From Candidatus Cloacimonadota bacterium (GTDB lineage Bacteria; Cloacimonadota; Cloacimonadia; G963667145): 64,000 bases of DNA. The translations under genes and the position numbers were made by a program. Below are positions 18,563 to 27,582 of this stretch, one piece after another (positions within the stretch are counted from its first letter, which is position 1; every line of letters begins with the position of its first letter). The stretch is taken from contig OY781092.1 in NCBI GenBank assembly GCA_963676615.1, positions 608,001 to 672,000 on the forward strand. Direction: 5' to 3'. The notes beneath the pieces were generated by a model. That model was not told the DNA's origin and ran no database searches. It saw only the letters and a list, made by a program, of their open reading frames with translations.

Positions 18563-19635
18563 TATTTTCTCAGGAAGTAAAAAAACGCTTTGCTCAGCAA
18601 TTTGTAGTCCATCAGCATATTTGTATAAGCTGCGTTTGCCAGAGGGCAGTAGCAGTTTGCCTTTTTAATCTCACGGCGAGTTTTTTTCGCTTTTTTGGAA
18701 AACCAAATTTTTTTGAATTTCTTGTCTTTGATATTCCCGATGCTTTCGGCTTTCATACAGCAAAACCAGACATCTCCAGCGGGGGAAAGCTGCATCGAGG
18801 CGACGCCAGCGTAACAATTATAAATTTTGTGCTCGCACAGTAGCATCTTTTTTACCATCTGATAATAGTGAAGCCTAAAAAATTGGGTAACCCTGTTCAG
18901 CCCGGTGTGGTTGTCGTTTTTTATGCGATGAATCAGCAAATCCACAGCCGAAGCGTAGTTCCACGGCGAAGGCGCAATTTGACTCTCCATCGTGTCCAGC
19001 TCAATGCGATTTTCGGCGATTTCGGTGATGTAGGTGTCGGGTCTTAGGTCCAGCAGAGTCTGGCTGATGTAGGCAAAATTTTGTGAATTGAAGCGGGAGA
19101 TGACCGTGTGAATGCCGATATTCAGATTGCTCACCTTTTTTTTGAGCTTCGTAAGCCCCAAAAAAGTCGCCATCGCCTTTTGATAAGCGCCGCTCACTCC
19201 GCGAATTTCGTCGTCGGCAGAGCCAATTTCGTCGATAGACAGATTGATATTGATTGTCGATTTTTGGCAATGTTTGCAAATTTCTAGCACATTAGAAACG
19301 ATTTTTTTGCTCAGCAGCCCGTTGGTCGGAATGTTGATGATTTTTGGCTTTGAAATATCGTAAATCGCTTTGACAACGGCAGTTATGTCCCGGCGAAGAA
19401 ACGGCTCTCCGCCAGAAAAAGTTATCCAGTAAGGGGCTTTGCCCAGTTGCAAAAAGAAATTTTGATAATCTTTAACGCTTAGCTCAGGCGATTTTTTCTT
19501 GTAAATTTCGCAAGTTTTGCAACGGGAATTGCAACGATAACTAACGCTAATCGTGTAGTTTATGGGCAAAAGTCGAGGAAAGCCAAAAGCTCTTTGCATC
19601 TTGAAGAAAAAAGTTTTTATCAAAATTTTTAGCAT
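18562..19635 (-). CDS. Radical SAM protein with SPASM/twitch-like C-terminal Cys domain
   Basis: CNSRCKTC (CxxxCxxC), SGGEPFLR, C-terminal CYAG...GDVWFCC...GNI...CYC. Confidence 0.9.
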   Translation of the reverse strand: MLKILIKTFFFKMQRAFGFPRLLPINYTISVSYRCNSRCKTCEIYKKKSPELSVKDYQNFFLQLGKAPYWITFSGGEPFLRRDITAVVKAIYDISKPKIINIPTNGLLSKKIVSNVLEICKHCQKSTININLSIDEIGSADDEIRGVSGAYQKAMATFLGLTKLKKKVSNLNIGIHTVISRFNSQNFAYISQTLLDLRPDTYITEIAENRIELDTMESQIAPSPWNYASAVDLLIHRIKNDNHTGLNRVTQFFRLHYYQMVKKMLLCEHKIYNCYAGVASMQLSPAGDVWFCCMKAESIGNIKDKKFKKIWFSKKAKKTRREIKKANCYCPLANAAYTNMLMDYKLLSKAFFYFLRK

Positions 19636-19651
19636 AGTTGCCTTCTTTTTT

Positions 19652-20548
19652 TTAAGTGTCCAGATTTTTTGTTGATTTGGCGATATTCCAAACCGTCGGG
19701 TTGCTCTTTTTCAAAGAAAAATCCAGGCGAGCCTTTAGGCGACAAGCGGTTTCGATAGCCACGGTGAGTAAAATTTTGTGCGCCGAAAAAGGGTGTGCCA
19801 AAATCTGTTTCGCCAAAATTTTTAGTAGCAAAAAACTGTCAGAGGAGGCCACCTGATACTCCCCGTATTTTGCCAGCCACAGATGCCCAATGTGGATTCT
19901 CTTGCGCTGACTACAATATTCCCGAAAGTTGTCTGGACCTTTGTTCCAGATAATCGCCGACGGCAAGTAGATTTTCGCTAGATTTTGCTTGGTGATGATT
20001 TGCTCAATTGAAGCCTCATCAACGGCGCTTTCGGGTGGAATCTGCGAAAAAGTGCGACGAAACGCAATCATCTCGCCGAGTTTTGGGCTGGCGCTCGCCA
20101 TCAGATGATGCATCTGCCACAAGGTGTGTACGCAATATCCGACCAAAGTTTTGGTGCTGTTGAGCGGCACTGGGCGCCCGCCGCTGATGCCGATTTTGGC
20201 ATCGGCAAACACTTCGATTAGCTTTTGCACGACATCTTTTTGCGGCAACACATCGGCAGAGCTGAGCAAGCAAATATCAGCTTTGGCTTTTTGCAGAAAG
20301 AGGTTGATCGCCGAAGATTTTCCCTCTCGATTTGGCTGTTTAATAAGAGAGATGAGCGGGGATGTTTCTGCTTTTTTTTCGACAATTTCGTCGGTTTTGT
20401 CTTGGCAAGCGGAAGAGACAACGATAATCTCCTGAATTTCCACATTTTGCAGCTCTTGGCTCAAAAAAGCGTCCAAAAGTTTGCCGATGTTCGCTTGCTC
20501 ATTAAACGCCATAACGCCAATGCTCACACGAAGTTTGCCTTTATTCAA
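19652..20548 (-). CDS. Glycosyltransferase family 2
   Basis: SIGVMAFNEQANI, DKTDEIV, GKSSAIN, SADV, GEMIAFR, DEASIE, QRKRI. Probable TTG start at 20548 with AGGAG RBS, overlapping the dapF stop. Confidence 0.88.
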   Translation of the reverse strand: MNKGKLRVSIGVMAFNEQANIGKLLDAFLSQELQNVEIQEIIVVSSACQDKTDEIVEKKAETSPLISLIKQPNREGKSSAINLFLQKAKADICLLSSADVLPQKDVVQKLIEVFADAKIGISGGRPVPLNSTKTLVGYCVHTLWQMHHLMASASPKLGEMIAFRRTFSQIPPESAVDEASIEQIITKQNLAKIYLPSAIIWNKGPDNFREYCSQRKRIHIGHLWLAKYGEYQVASSDSFLLLKILAKQILAHPFSAHKILLTVAIETACRLKARLDFSLKKSNPTVWNIAKSTKNLDT

Positions 20549-21353
20549 AGTAAGCTCCTGTGGCGATAGTTTGCGCCGTGGCTTGCATATAAATGTTATC
20601 GTTTTCGATAGAAATTTGCAACGCTCCGCCTTCGCTGACGACCTGAACACAGCTCGCCATTTTGCCCAGTTTGTGGGCGACAAAAGCCGAAGCGCAGCAT
20701 CCTGTGCCACAAGCCAAAGTGTGGCCAGCTCCGCGTTCCCAAGTGTAAACATCGATTTGATTTTCGCCCGAGATTTCGACAAAATTGACATTTATGCCCG
20801 CAGGAAAAAGCTTTAATTTCTCGATTGTTGCGCCGTATTTTTCCACCAAATTTTTGCCGTCGGGAGCAAAAATAACGCCGTGTGGCACGCCAACTTGGGC
20901 AAGGTAGAGGCGAAATTTGCCGTCTAAAATCGGATAGCCCCAAACATTTTCCCACGGTTTGTAGGTTTGTTGATACAGGGGAGCGCCCATTTCGACTTTG
21001 ACTTGGGAGATTTTTTGCTCTTTTTCGCCGAAGATTTCGATTTTTTTATTTCCGTCGTCGGTCGCAACTGTGAACTTTTTTGAGCAGACGAGATTTTGAT
21101 CGTAGATGAATTTGCCAAAACAGCGTAAACCGTTGCCGCACATAGCCGCAAAAGAGCCGTCAGAGTTTAAATAGTCCATTTTTAGCAAATCTTCTGGCGT
21201 TTTACGCACCAAAATAAGCCCGTCGCTGCCGACGCCAAAGCGGCGATTACACACTTTTTTTGCCAGTTTTTCTGGATTTTCTATTTTTTTATCAAGGTCT
21301 AGGATGCAGACAAAATCGTTGCCAAGCCCCGACATTTTTGTGAAATTTAGCAC
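20541..21353 (-). CDS. dapF: Diaminopimelate epimerase
   Basis: FTKMSGLGNDF, GVGSDGLI, NSDGS..AMCGNGLRC, GINVNFV, ERGAGHTLACGTG. Confidence 0.96.
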   Translation of the reverse strand: MLNFTKMSGLGNDFVCILDLDKKIENPEKLAKKVCNRRFGVGSDGLILVRKTPEDLLKMDYLNSDGSFAAMCGNGLRCFGKFIYDQNLVCSKKFTVATDDGNKKIEIFGEKEQKISQVKVEMGAPLYQQTYKPWENVWGYPILDGKFRLYLAQVGVPHGVIFAPDGKNLVEKYGATIEKLKLFPAGINVNFVEISGENQIDVYTWERGAGHTLACGTGCCASAFVAHKLGKMASCVQVVSEGGALQISIENDNIYMQATAQTIATGAYFE

Positions 21354-21528
21354 TCTGTTTCCTTCAAAAGAATTTTGGGCAAAGAATAAGCGGCGTTGAT
21401 GTTGTCAAACAATTTTTGCGCAAGAAAATCGCTGGCTTTTTGCGGATTTGCTTTTCAAGCATTTTAATTTTTCATTTGACAAGATAAAGGGTAGAAAAAG
21501 ATTTTTACTGAAATTATGGGTGATTAAA

Positions 21529-21801
21529 ATGAAGAAAAAATTGATTTTGCTGGGAGTTTTTCTCCTTGGATTGTATATTATTTTTGCGATGCTGGGCAGG
21601 ACGGTCAAGCTCTCGATTCTTACGGCGCTGTTCGCTTTCGCTCTTTTTTATATAAACAAAAATCGCAAGTCTTGGTCTTCTGATAATCTTTCTAAAATAA
21701 AAAATCTGAAAAACAAGCTGAAATTGGAAGTCGTTTTTTATCTAAATATCGCTTTTTCAATAGCTTATTTAGTGGCTTTGTGTGCAATTTTGGTAAAATA
21801 G
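21529..21801 (+). CDS. Small hypothetical membrane protein (3 predicted TM helices)
   Basis: MKKKLILLGVFLLGLYIIF... with hydrophobic stretches; directly upstream of the thrC-like gene. Confidence 0.65.
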   Translation: MKKKLILLGVFLLGLYIIFAMLGRTVKLSILTALFAFALFYINKNRKSWSSDNLSKIKNLKNKLKLEVVFYLNIAFSIAYLVALCAILVK

Positions 21802-21811
21802 GAGTTAAACG

Positions 21812-23026
21812 ATGTTTAAGTTGAAATGTGTGAATTGTGGAGCGGAATACAAAAAAGGCGAGGTCGAATATCTTTGCCCTGTGTGCGAAGCGTCAAATGT
21901 TGAGGGTCAGCCGACGAAAGGAATTTTGAAGGTTGTTTACGATTACGATGGAATCGGCAAAAATTTTGATCAGTTGAAAAAGGACGACTATTTAGACCTT
22001 TTGCCAATCGAGAGTAAGGAGAGTTTGCCGAATTTGAGAGTTGGGCAAACGCCGATGTATAAATACACTTCTTTACCAAAATATGGTGATTTGGATTTTA
22101 ATCTTTTCATCAAAGACGAGGGCGTTAATCCGACTTTTTCGTTTAAAGATAGAGCGTCGTATATCGTCAGCGCTTATGCCAAAGAGAACGGCAAAGATGT
22201 TATTGTGGCTGCTTCTACGGGAAACGCGGGTTCTTCGCTTGCGGGAATTTGCGCAGCGCAAGGGCAAAAAGCTGTGATAATGGTACCTGCTGCGGCGCCG
22301 ATTGCTAAACTCACGCAGGTGATGATGTATGGGGCGAAGCTCGTGCCAGTGGACGGAATTTATGACGACGCTTTTGCTCTTTCGATGGCGGCTAGCAAAA
22401 AATTCGGTTGGTATAACCGCAACACGGCCTACAATCCGCACACTGTCGAGGGTAAAAAAGTTGTCTCGTTCGAGATTTACGACCAAATCAAAGATGTAGA
22501 CACGGTGTTTGTTTCTGTGGGCGATGGTTGTATCGTCGGCGGAGTTTTCAAAGGTTTTGAAGATTTGCTAAAAATGAAAATCATCAAAAAAATGCCGAAA
22601 ATTGTGGCGGTGCAGTCGGAAAAAAGCGCCAACATTTTTAACAACTATCAAAACGACGATTTTAAATGCGTGGCTGCCAGCACTCTTGCCGACTCGATTT
22701 CGGTGGATGTCCCTGCTAACTACTATATGGTTAAGCAGTTTTTGAGTGACTACGAGAGCGATTGCATCACTGTTAGTGACGAGAAAATTTTGGAAGCTAG
22801 CAAGATTTTGAGCGAAAATACGGGGATTTTCTCGGAACCAGCGGCTGCTTGTGCTTTTGCGGGAATGCTCAAATACTCTCAAGCGGGCAGCATTCCTGCG
22901 GGAAGCAACGCCTGTGTGCTGCTCACTGGTAGCGGTCTGAAAGATTTGGCGTCGGCGCAAAAGATTGTGAAGATGCCTGCTGCGGTATCGCCGTCGGTCG
23001 ATTCACTAGACAAATTAGAGGTGTAA
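21812..23026 (+). CDS. thrC: Threonine synthase-like PLP enzyme (fold type II) with N-terminal CxxC..CxxC
   Basis: NPTFSFKDR (PLP Lys), ASTGNAGSS, EGKK, VGDGC, EPAAA, LTGSGLKD. Confidence 0.8.
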   Translation: MFKLKCVNCGAEYKKGEVEYLCPVCEASNVEGQPTKGILKVVYDYDGIGKNFDQLKKDDYLDLLPIESKESLPNLRVGQTPMYKYTSLPKYGDLDFNLFIKDEGVNPTFSFKDRASYIVSAYAKENGKDVIVAASTGNAGSSLAGICAAQGQKAVIMVPAAAPIAKLTQVMMYGAKLVPVDGIYDDAFALSMAASKKFGWYNRNTAYNPHTVEGKKVVSFEIYDQIKDVDTVFVSVGDGCIVGGVFKGFEDLLKMKIIKKMPKIVAVQSEKSANIFNNYQNDDFKCVAASTLADSISVDVPANYYMVKQFLSDYESDCITVSDEKILEASKILSENTGIFSEPAAACAFAGMLKYSQAGSIPAGSNACVLLTGSGLKDLASAQKIVKMPAAVSPSVDSLDKLEV

Positions 23027-23046
23027 AAAAAGCCGAATTTGCCTTG

Positions 23047-23820
23047 ATGTCGAAAAAGATAAAACGCAAAAAAGGGGTGGTGCAGGAGTGGATTGAGGCG
23101 ATACTTTTTGCCCTAGTTGTGGCGATGATTATCCGCAATTACACTTTTCAGAATTTCAAAATCCCTTCTGGTTCGATGGAAAAGACGCTGCTTGTGGGCG
23201 ATTATTTGATAGCCAACAAGTTGAAATACTTTTTTAGCGACCCGCAACGGTTTGATATTGTGACTTTTCGCAATCCTGCCCAAGGCACAGAGCCTGGTTT
23301 GCCGTGTGCGCAAAACAATTTTCAGAACACGCGAGACGAGTATTTAAAGCTTTATCCGCCGCTGTATTGGGACAAAAAAGATTGGTTTTATTTCGGCATC
23401 GACAAGATAACTTTTTTGGGCGTTTGCTATTACGGAAAGGCAAATTTGGTAAAGCGGGTCATCGGAATGCCGGGCGACACGCTGGAGATTAAAGATAGGG
23501 TGACCTACATCAACGGCGAAAAGTTGGCTGAGCCGTTTGTAAACAACAGTTTGCCGCAGATTTTGCCTCGCTACACGGGAATTGAGCAGTTAGATATTTT
23601 TTGGGGCGATAAATTTATGGGCTCAATCGACAATTTTGGTCCAGTTGTTGTGCCTGCTGGCAAATATTTTGTGATGGGCGATAATCGGCAAAACAGTTTC
23701 GATAGCAGATTTTGGGGCTTTTTGGATCGCGAAGATGTGACGGGAACGCCGTCGATTATCCTGTTTTCTGTGGGCGAAGACGGACGCAGAGCGGGCAGAT
23801 ATCTGCAAACGATTAAATAA
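23047..23820 (+). CDS. lepB: Signal peptidase I
   Basis: IPSGSMEKTLLVGD, VKRVIGMPGD, FVMGDNRQNSFDSRFWG. Confidence 0.96.
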   Translation: MSKKIKRKKGVVQEWIEAILFALVVAMIIRNYTFQNFKIPSGSMEKTLLVGDYLIANKLKYFFSDPQRFDIVTFRNPAQGTEPGLPCAQNNFQNTRDEYLKLYPPLYWDKKDWFYFGIDKITFLGVCYYGKANLVKRVIGMPGDTLEIKDRVTYINGEKLAEPFVNNSLPQILPRYTGIEQLDIFWGDKFMGSIDNFGPVVVPAGKYFVMGDNRQNSFDSRFWGFLDREDVTGTPSIILFSVGEDGRRAGRYLQTIK

Positions 23821-23838
23821 TTTTAGGGAGCAAAAAAA

Positions 23839-25338
23839 GTGGCAAAAACAGCAATAAATCCTACGAGAGAACAGAACTATCCTCATTGGTATCAGGAAGT
23901 TATAAAAGCTGCGGATATGGCAGAGAGTAGTTCGGTGCGTGGCTGTATGGTCATAAAGCCTTGGGGCTACGCCATTTGGGAGAACATCAAGCAGGCTTTG
24001 GATAGCGCTTTTAAGCGGACGGGTCACAAAAATGCGTATTTTCCGCTTTTTATTCCCAAAAGTTATCTCGAAAAAGAGGCGGAGCATGTGGAAGGCTTTG
24101 CCAAAGAGTGCGCAGTTATCACGCATTCACGGCTGGAACAAAAAGAGGGAGAGGCTGGTTTGGTGCCGGGAGGCAAACTCACGCAGGAGCTTGTCGTGCG
24201 GCCGACATCGGAGACGATTATTGGCGAGTCTTTTTCCAAATGGGTGAAATCTTACAAAGATTTGCCGCTTTTAATCAACCAGTGGGCGAATGTCGTGCGC
24301 TGGGAGTTGCGTCCGAGGCTTTTTTTGCGGACGGCGGAATTTTTGTGGCAAGAGGGTCACACCGTGCATTCCACTAGTCAGGAGGCGCAGGAAGAGTCTT
24401 TGATGATTTTGGATTTGTATGCGGAGTTTTGCCGAGATTTTTTGGCGATGCCCGTGATCAAGGGCAAAAAGAGCGAATCGGAAAAATTTCCGGGAGCCGT
24501 GGACACCTATTGCATCGAGGCGATGATGCAGGACAAAAAGGCGTTGCAGGCTGGCACTAGTCACTTTTTGGGGCAAAATTTTGCCAAATCTTCGGAGATA
24601 AAATTTCAGAACCAAGACGGAGAGATGGAGTTCGCTTGGACGACCTCTTGGGGAGTCTCTACTCGCCTTATTGGTGGGCTGATAATGGCTCATTCCGACG
24701 ACAACGGTTTGGTGCTGCCCCCGCGGATAGCGCCCGCTCAGGTGGTGATTTTGCCGATTTACAAAAGTGAGACAGAGCGCGAAAAGATTTTGGAATACAC
24801 AACACAGTTGCAAAAAGATTTGGAAAAGATTTGCTATCATAACAAGCCGCTCGAGGTGATTTTGGACGACAGCAACGCTACCTCTTCTGCCAGAAGCTGG
24901 GAGTGGATAAAAAAAGGCGTGCCGATTAGAGTGGAAGTCGGTTTGCGGGATTTGGAGCAAGATTCGCTTTTCGTGGGACGGCGAGATCTGGAGCCCAGAG
25001 ACAAAAAAAGTTTGCCAAGAGCGAGCTTTTTGCAAGAGGCTTGCTCCATTTTGGAAAATATCCAATTCAACATTTATAGCAAAGCAAAATCTTTTCTGAG
25101 GGCGAACACTAAAATTGTTGACAAAAAAGATGAGTTTTTTGATTTGTTTAAATCTAAAGGAAAACAGATTTTTGCCTTGTCGCATTGGTGCGGATGTGCA
25201 GAGTGTGAACAAGCTATCAAACAAGAGTTAAAAGCGACTGTCAGATGCTTGCCTTTCGATTCCCAAGAGGAAGAGGGCGTTTGTATCTATTGTGGCAAAC
25301 CTAGCAAAAAAAGGGTTGTTTTTGCCAAGTCGTATTAA
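23839..25338 (+). CDS. proS: Prolyl-tRNA synthetase, archaeal/eukaryotic type
   Basis: VRPTSET, QWANVVRWE, FLWQEGHT, QAGTSHFLGQNF, C-terminal Zn motif and terminal AKSY; no INS editing domain. Confidence 0.97.
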   Translation: MAKTAINPTREQNYPHWYQEVIKAADMAESSSVRGCMVIKPWGYAIWENIKQALDSAFKRTGHKNAYFPLFIPKSYLEKEAEHVEGFAKECAVITHSRLEQKEGEAGLVPGGKLTQELVVRPTSETIIGESFSKWVKSYKDLPLLINQWANVVRWELRPRLFLRTAEFLWQEGHTVHSTSQEAQEESLMILDLYAEFCRDFLAMPVIKGKKSESEKFPGAVDTYCIEAMMQDKKALQAGTSHFLGQNFAKSSEIKFQNQDGEMEFAWTTSWGVSTRLIGGLIMAHSDDNGLVLPPRIAPAQVVILPIYKSETEREKILEYTTQLQKDLEKICYHNKPLEVILDDSNATSSARSWEWIKKGVPIRVEVGLRDLEQDSLFVGRRDLEPRDKKSLPRASFLQEACSILENIQFNIYSKAKSFLRANTKIVDKKDEFFDLFKSKGKQIFALSHWCGCAECEQAIKQELKATVRCLPFDSQEEEGVCIYCGKPSKKRVVFAKSY

Positions 25339-25361
25339 ATTTTATTTGTAAGGGGATTAAA

Positions 25362-27125
25362 ATGAAAAGATTGGTAATCGGTATGGGTTCGTGCGGCAAG
25401 TCTGCTGGCGCTGGAGATGTTTTTGACAGAGCCGAAGAGCTTTTGAAAAAAAGTAAGAGCAATGTTGAGCTAGACACAACTGGTTGCATTGGAATGTGTT
25501 ACAACGAGCCGCTGGTTTTTGTGGAGGACGAAGACCACCAAAGAACTGTTTATGCTCATGTGACTCCAGATGTGCTTGACCAAATTTTTGATGAGCATTT
25601 GCTGGGCGGGAAAATCGTGCAAGACTATCGGATTATCGACCAAAATGTTAACCTTGAGGACGCTTTTTTCTCCAAACAAAAGAGAATCGCTTTGCGAAAT
25701 GTGGGAAATTTGAACCCCGAATCTTTTTCCGATTATGAAAATCGAGAGGGCTTTAAAGCTTTGCAAAAAGCGCTGGCAACCTCGCCAGAGGAGCTTTTGC
25801 AGACTGTGCAAGATAGCGGGCTGCGTGGTCGTGGCGGCGGTGGTGCTTCCACTGGAATGAAGTGGAGCTTTGCTAGAGGCGCAAAAGGCGACAAAAAATA
25901 TCTCATCTGCAACGCCGACGAAGGCGATCCAGGCGCATTTATGGACAGGTCGCTACTCGAAGGAAATCCGTATTTGGTAATCGAGGGGATGATAATCGCT
26001 GGCTACACCATCGGTGCAGACGAGGGCTATTTGTATGTTCGTGCCGAGTATCCGCTTGCGATAAAGCACCTGCGCACAGCCATTGCTGAGCTTGAGGCGA
26101 AAAACTATTTGGGTGAAAATATTTTAGGTAGCGGCTTCAATTTCACTTTGCATATCAAAGAGGGCGCTGGAGCTTTTGTCTGCGGCGAGGAGACAGCTCT
26201 GATCGCCTCTATCGAAGGAAAAAGAGGAATGCCCAGAAGAAGACCGCCGTTCCCAGCTGTGCGTGGACTTTTCGACTGTCCAACAAATGTGAACAATGTG
26301 GAAACTTTCGCCAACATTCCTTGGATTATCCTTAACGGCGCCGACGAGTATCGCAAAAATGGAACAGAAAAATCGGCAGGAACGAAAGTTTTTGCTTTGG
26401 CTGGAAAAATCAAAAGGTCTGGCTTGGTCGAAGTTCCGATGGGCACGACCTTGCGAGAGGTGATTTTTGACATTGGTGGCGGAATAAAAGACGGCGGAAA
26501 GTTCAAAGCTGTGCAAATGGGCGGACCTTCTGGCGGCTGTATTCCCGAAAAATATTTGGATTTGCCAATCGACTACGACTCGATCAACCAAACAGGCGCG
26601 ATTATGGGCTCAGGCGGTATGGTCGTGATGGACGAATCGTCTTGTATGGTGGATGTCGCCAAATATTTCTTGTCGTTCACCCAAAAAGAGAGCTGTGGAA
26701 AATGTCCGTTTTGCCGAATTGGCACCAAAAGAATGCTCGAAATTTTGGAGAGAATTACTAACGGCAAAGGCAAGATGGAAGATATCGACAAGTTGTATGA
26801 ACTGGCGGAAAATATCAAGGCGTCAACGCTTTGCGGATTGGGTCAAAGCGCTCCAAACCCAGTGTTGACAACGCTTAAATATTTTAAAGACGAATATATC
26901 GCTCACATCCAAGACAAAGAGTGTAAAGCTGGTGTCTGCACCAATTTGAAGAGTTATCAGATTGATCCAGAAAAGTGTGTCGGCTGCACAATGTGCGCGC
27001 GCAAATGCCCGCAAGAGTGCATCAGCGGTAGCGTTAAAGCGGCTCACAAGATTGACCAAGAGCTTTGCGTTAAGTGCGGGATTTGTCAGGATGTCTGCAA
27101 ATTCGATGCGGTAAAACTTGTTTAA
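25362..27125 (+). CDS. NuoF/HydB-like NADH-binding flavoprotein subunit (Trx-like 2Fe-2S, FMN, SLBB, 4Fe-4S, 2x[4Fe-4S] ferredoxin)
   Basis: GCIGMC, GLRGRGGGG, NADEGDPGAFMDR, GAFVCGEETAL, GGPSGG, ESCGKCPFCR, two CxxCxxCxxxC motifs at the C-terminus. Confidence 0.93.
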   Translation: MKRLVIGMGSCGKSAGAGDVFDRAEELLKKSKSNVELDTTGCIGMCYNEPLVFVEDEDHQRTVYAHVTPDVLDQIFDEHLLGGKIVQDYRIIDQNVNLEDAFFSKQKRIALRNVGNLNPESFSDYENREGFKALQKALATSPEELLQTVQDSGLRGRGGGGASTGMKWSFARGAKGDKKYLICNADEGDPGAFMDRSLLEGNPYLVIEGMIIAGYTIGADEGYLYVRAEYPLAIKHLRTAIAELEAKNYLGENILGSGFNFTLHIKEGAGAFVCGEETALIASIEGKRGMPRRRPPFPAVRGLFDCPTNVNNVETFANIPWIILNGADEYRKNGTEKSAGTKVFALAGKIKRSGLVEVPMGTTLREVIFDIGGGIKDGGKFKAVQMGGPSGGCIPEKYLDLPIDYDSINQTGAIMGSGGMVVMDESSCMVDVAKYFLSFTQKESCGKCPFCRIGTKRMLEILERITNGKGKMEDIDKLYELAENIKASTLCGLGQSAPNPVLTTLKYFKDEYIAHIQDKECKAGVCTNLKSYQIDPEKCVGCTMCARKCPQECISGSVKAAHKIDQELCVKCGICQDVCKFDAVKLV

Positions 27126-27582
27126 TATCGTTCTTTATCAGCCAGAAATTGCTCAAAATACAGGAAATATCGGTCGGCTTTGCGTCGGCAGTGGATCAAA
27201 ATTGCACATCGTGCGTCCGATGAAGTTTATGATCGACGATAAGAGCGTGCGGCGAGCGGGGCTAGACTATTGGGCGAAGCTGGATTATCGATTGTATGAT
27301 AGCTGGCAGGAGCTATGCGATGCCAATCCAAAGGCGCGTTTTTATCTCGCCAGCACAAAAGCAAAAAAAAATTACTCGAGTGTAAACTACGAAAAAGGCG
27401 ATTTTTTGGTTTTTGGTCCAGAGAGCAGGGGTTTGCCGCAAGAGTTGTTGCAAAAATATTCTGATTTTGGCATAACTATTCCGATGCATTCAGATATCCG
27501 CTCGATAAATCTGAGCAACAGCGTGGCTATCGTTTTGTATGAAGCCGCAAGACAAAAAGGTTTTGAATGGAAAAGTTTGTAA
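27118..27582 (+). CDS. trmL: tRNA (cytidine/uridine-34-2'-O)-methyltransferase
   Basis: PEIAQNTGNIGRLC, RRAGLDYW, FGPESRGLP, IRSINLSN. Confidence 0.95.
   Translation: MFNIVLYQPEIAQNTGNIGRLCVGSGSKLHIVRPMKFMIDDKSVRRAGLDYWAKLDYRLYDSWQELCDANPKARFYLASTKAKKNYSSVNYEKGDFLVFGPESRGLPQELLQKYSDFGITIPMHSDIRSINLSNSVAIVLYEAARQKGFEWKSL

Noticed and set aside
20549..20791. N-terminal extension of the GT2 ORF in the track
   Set aside because: Overlaps dapF in another frame; the RBS plus TTG at 20548 is a better start.
24271..25224. 317-aa antisense ORF inside proS
   Set aside because: Shadow ORF on the opposite strand of a conserved gene, with no recognisable motifs.
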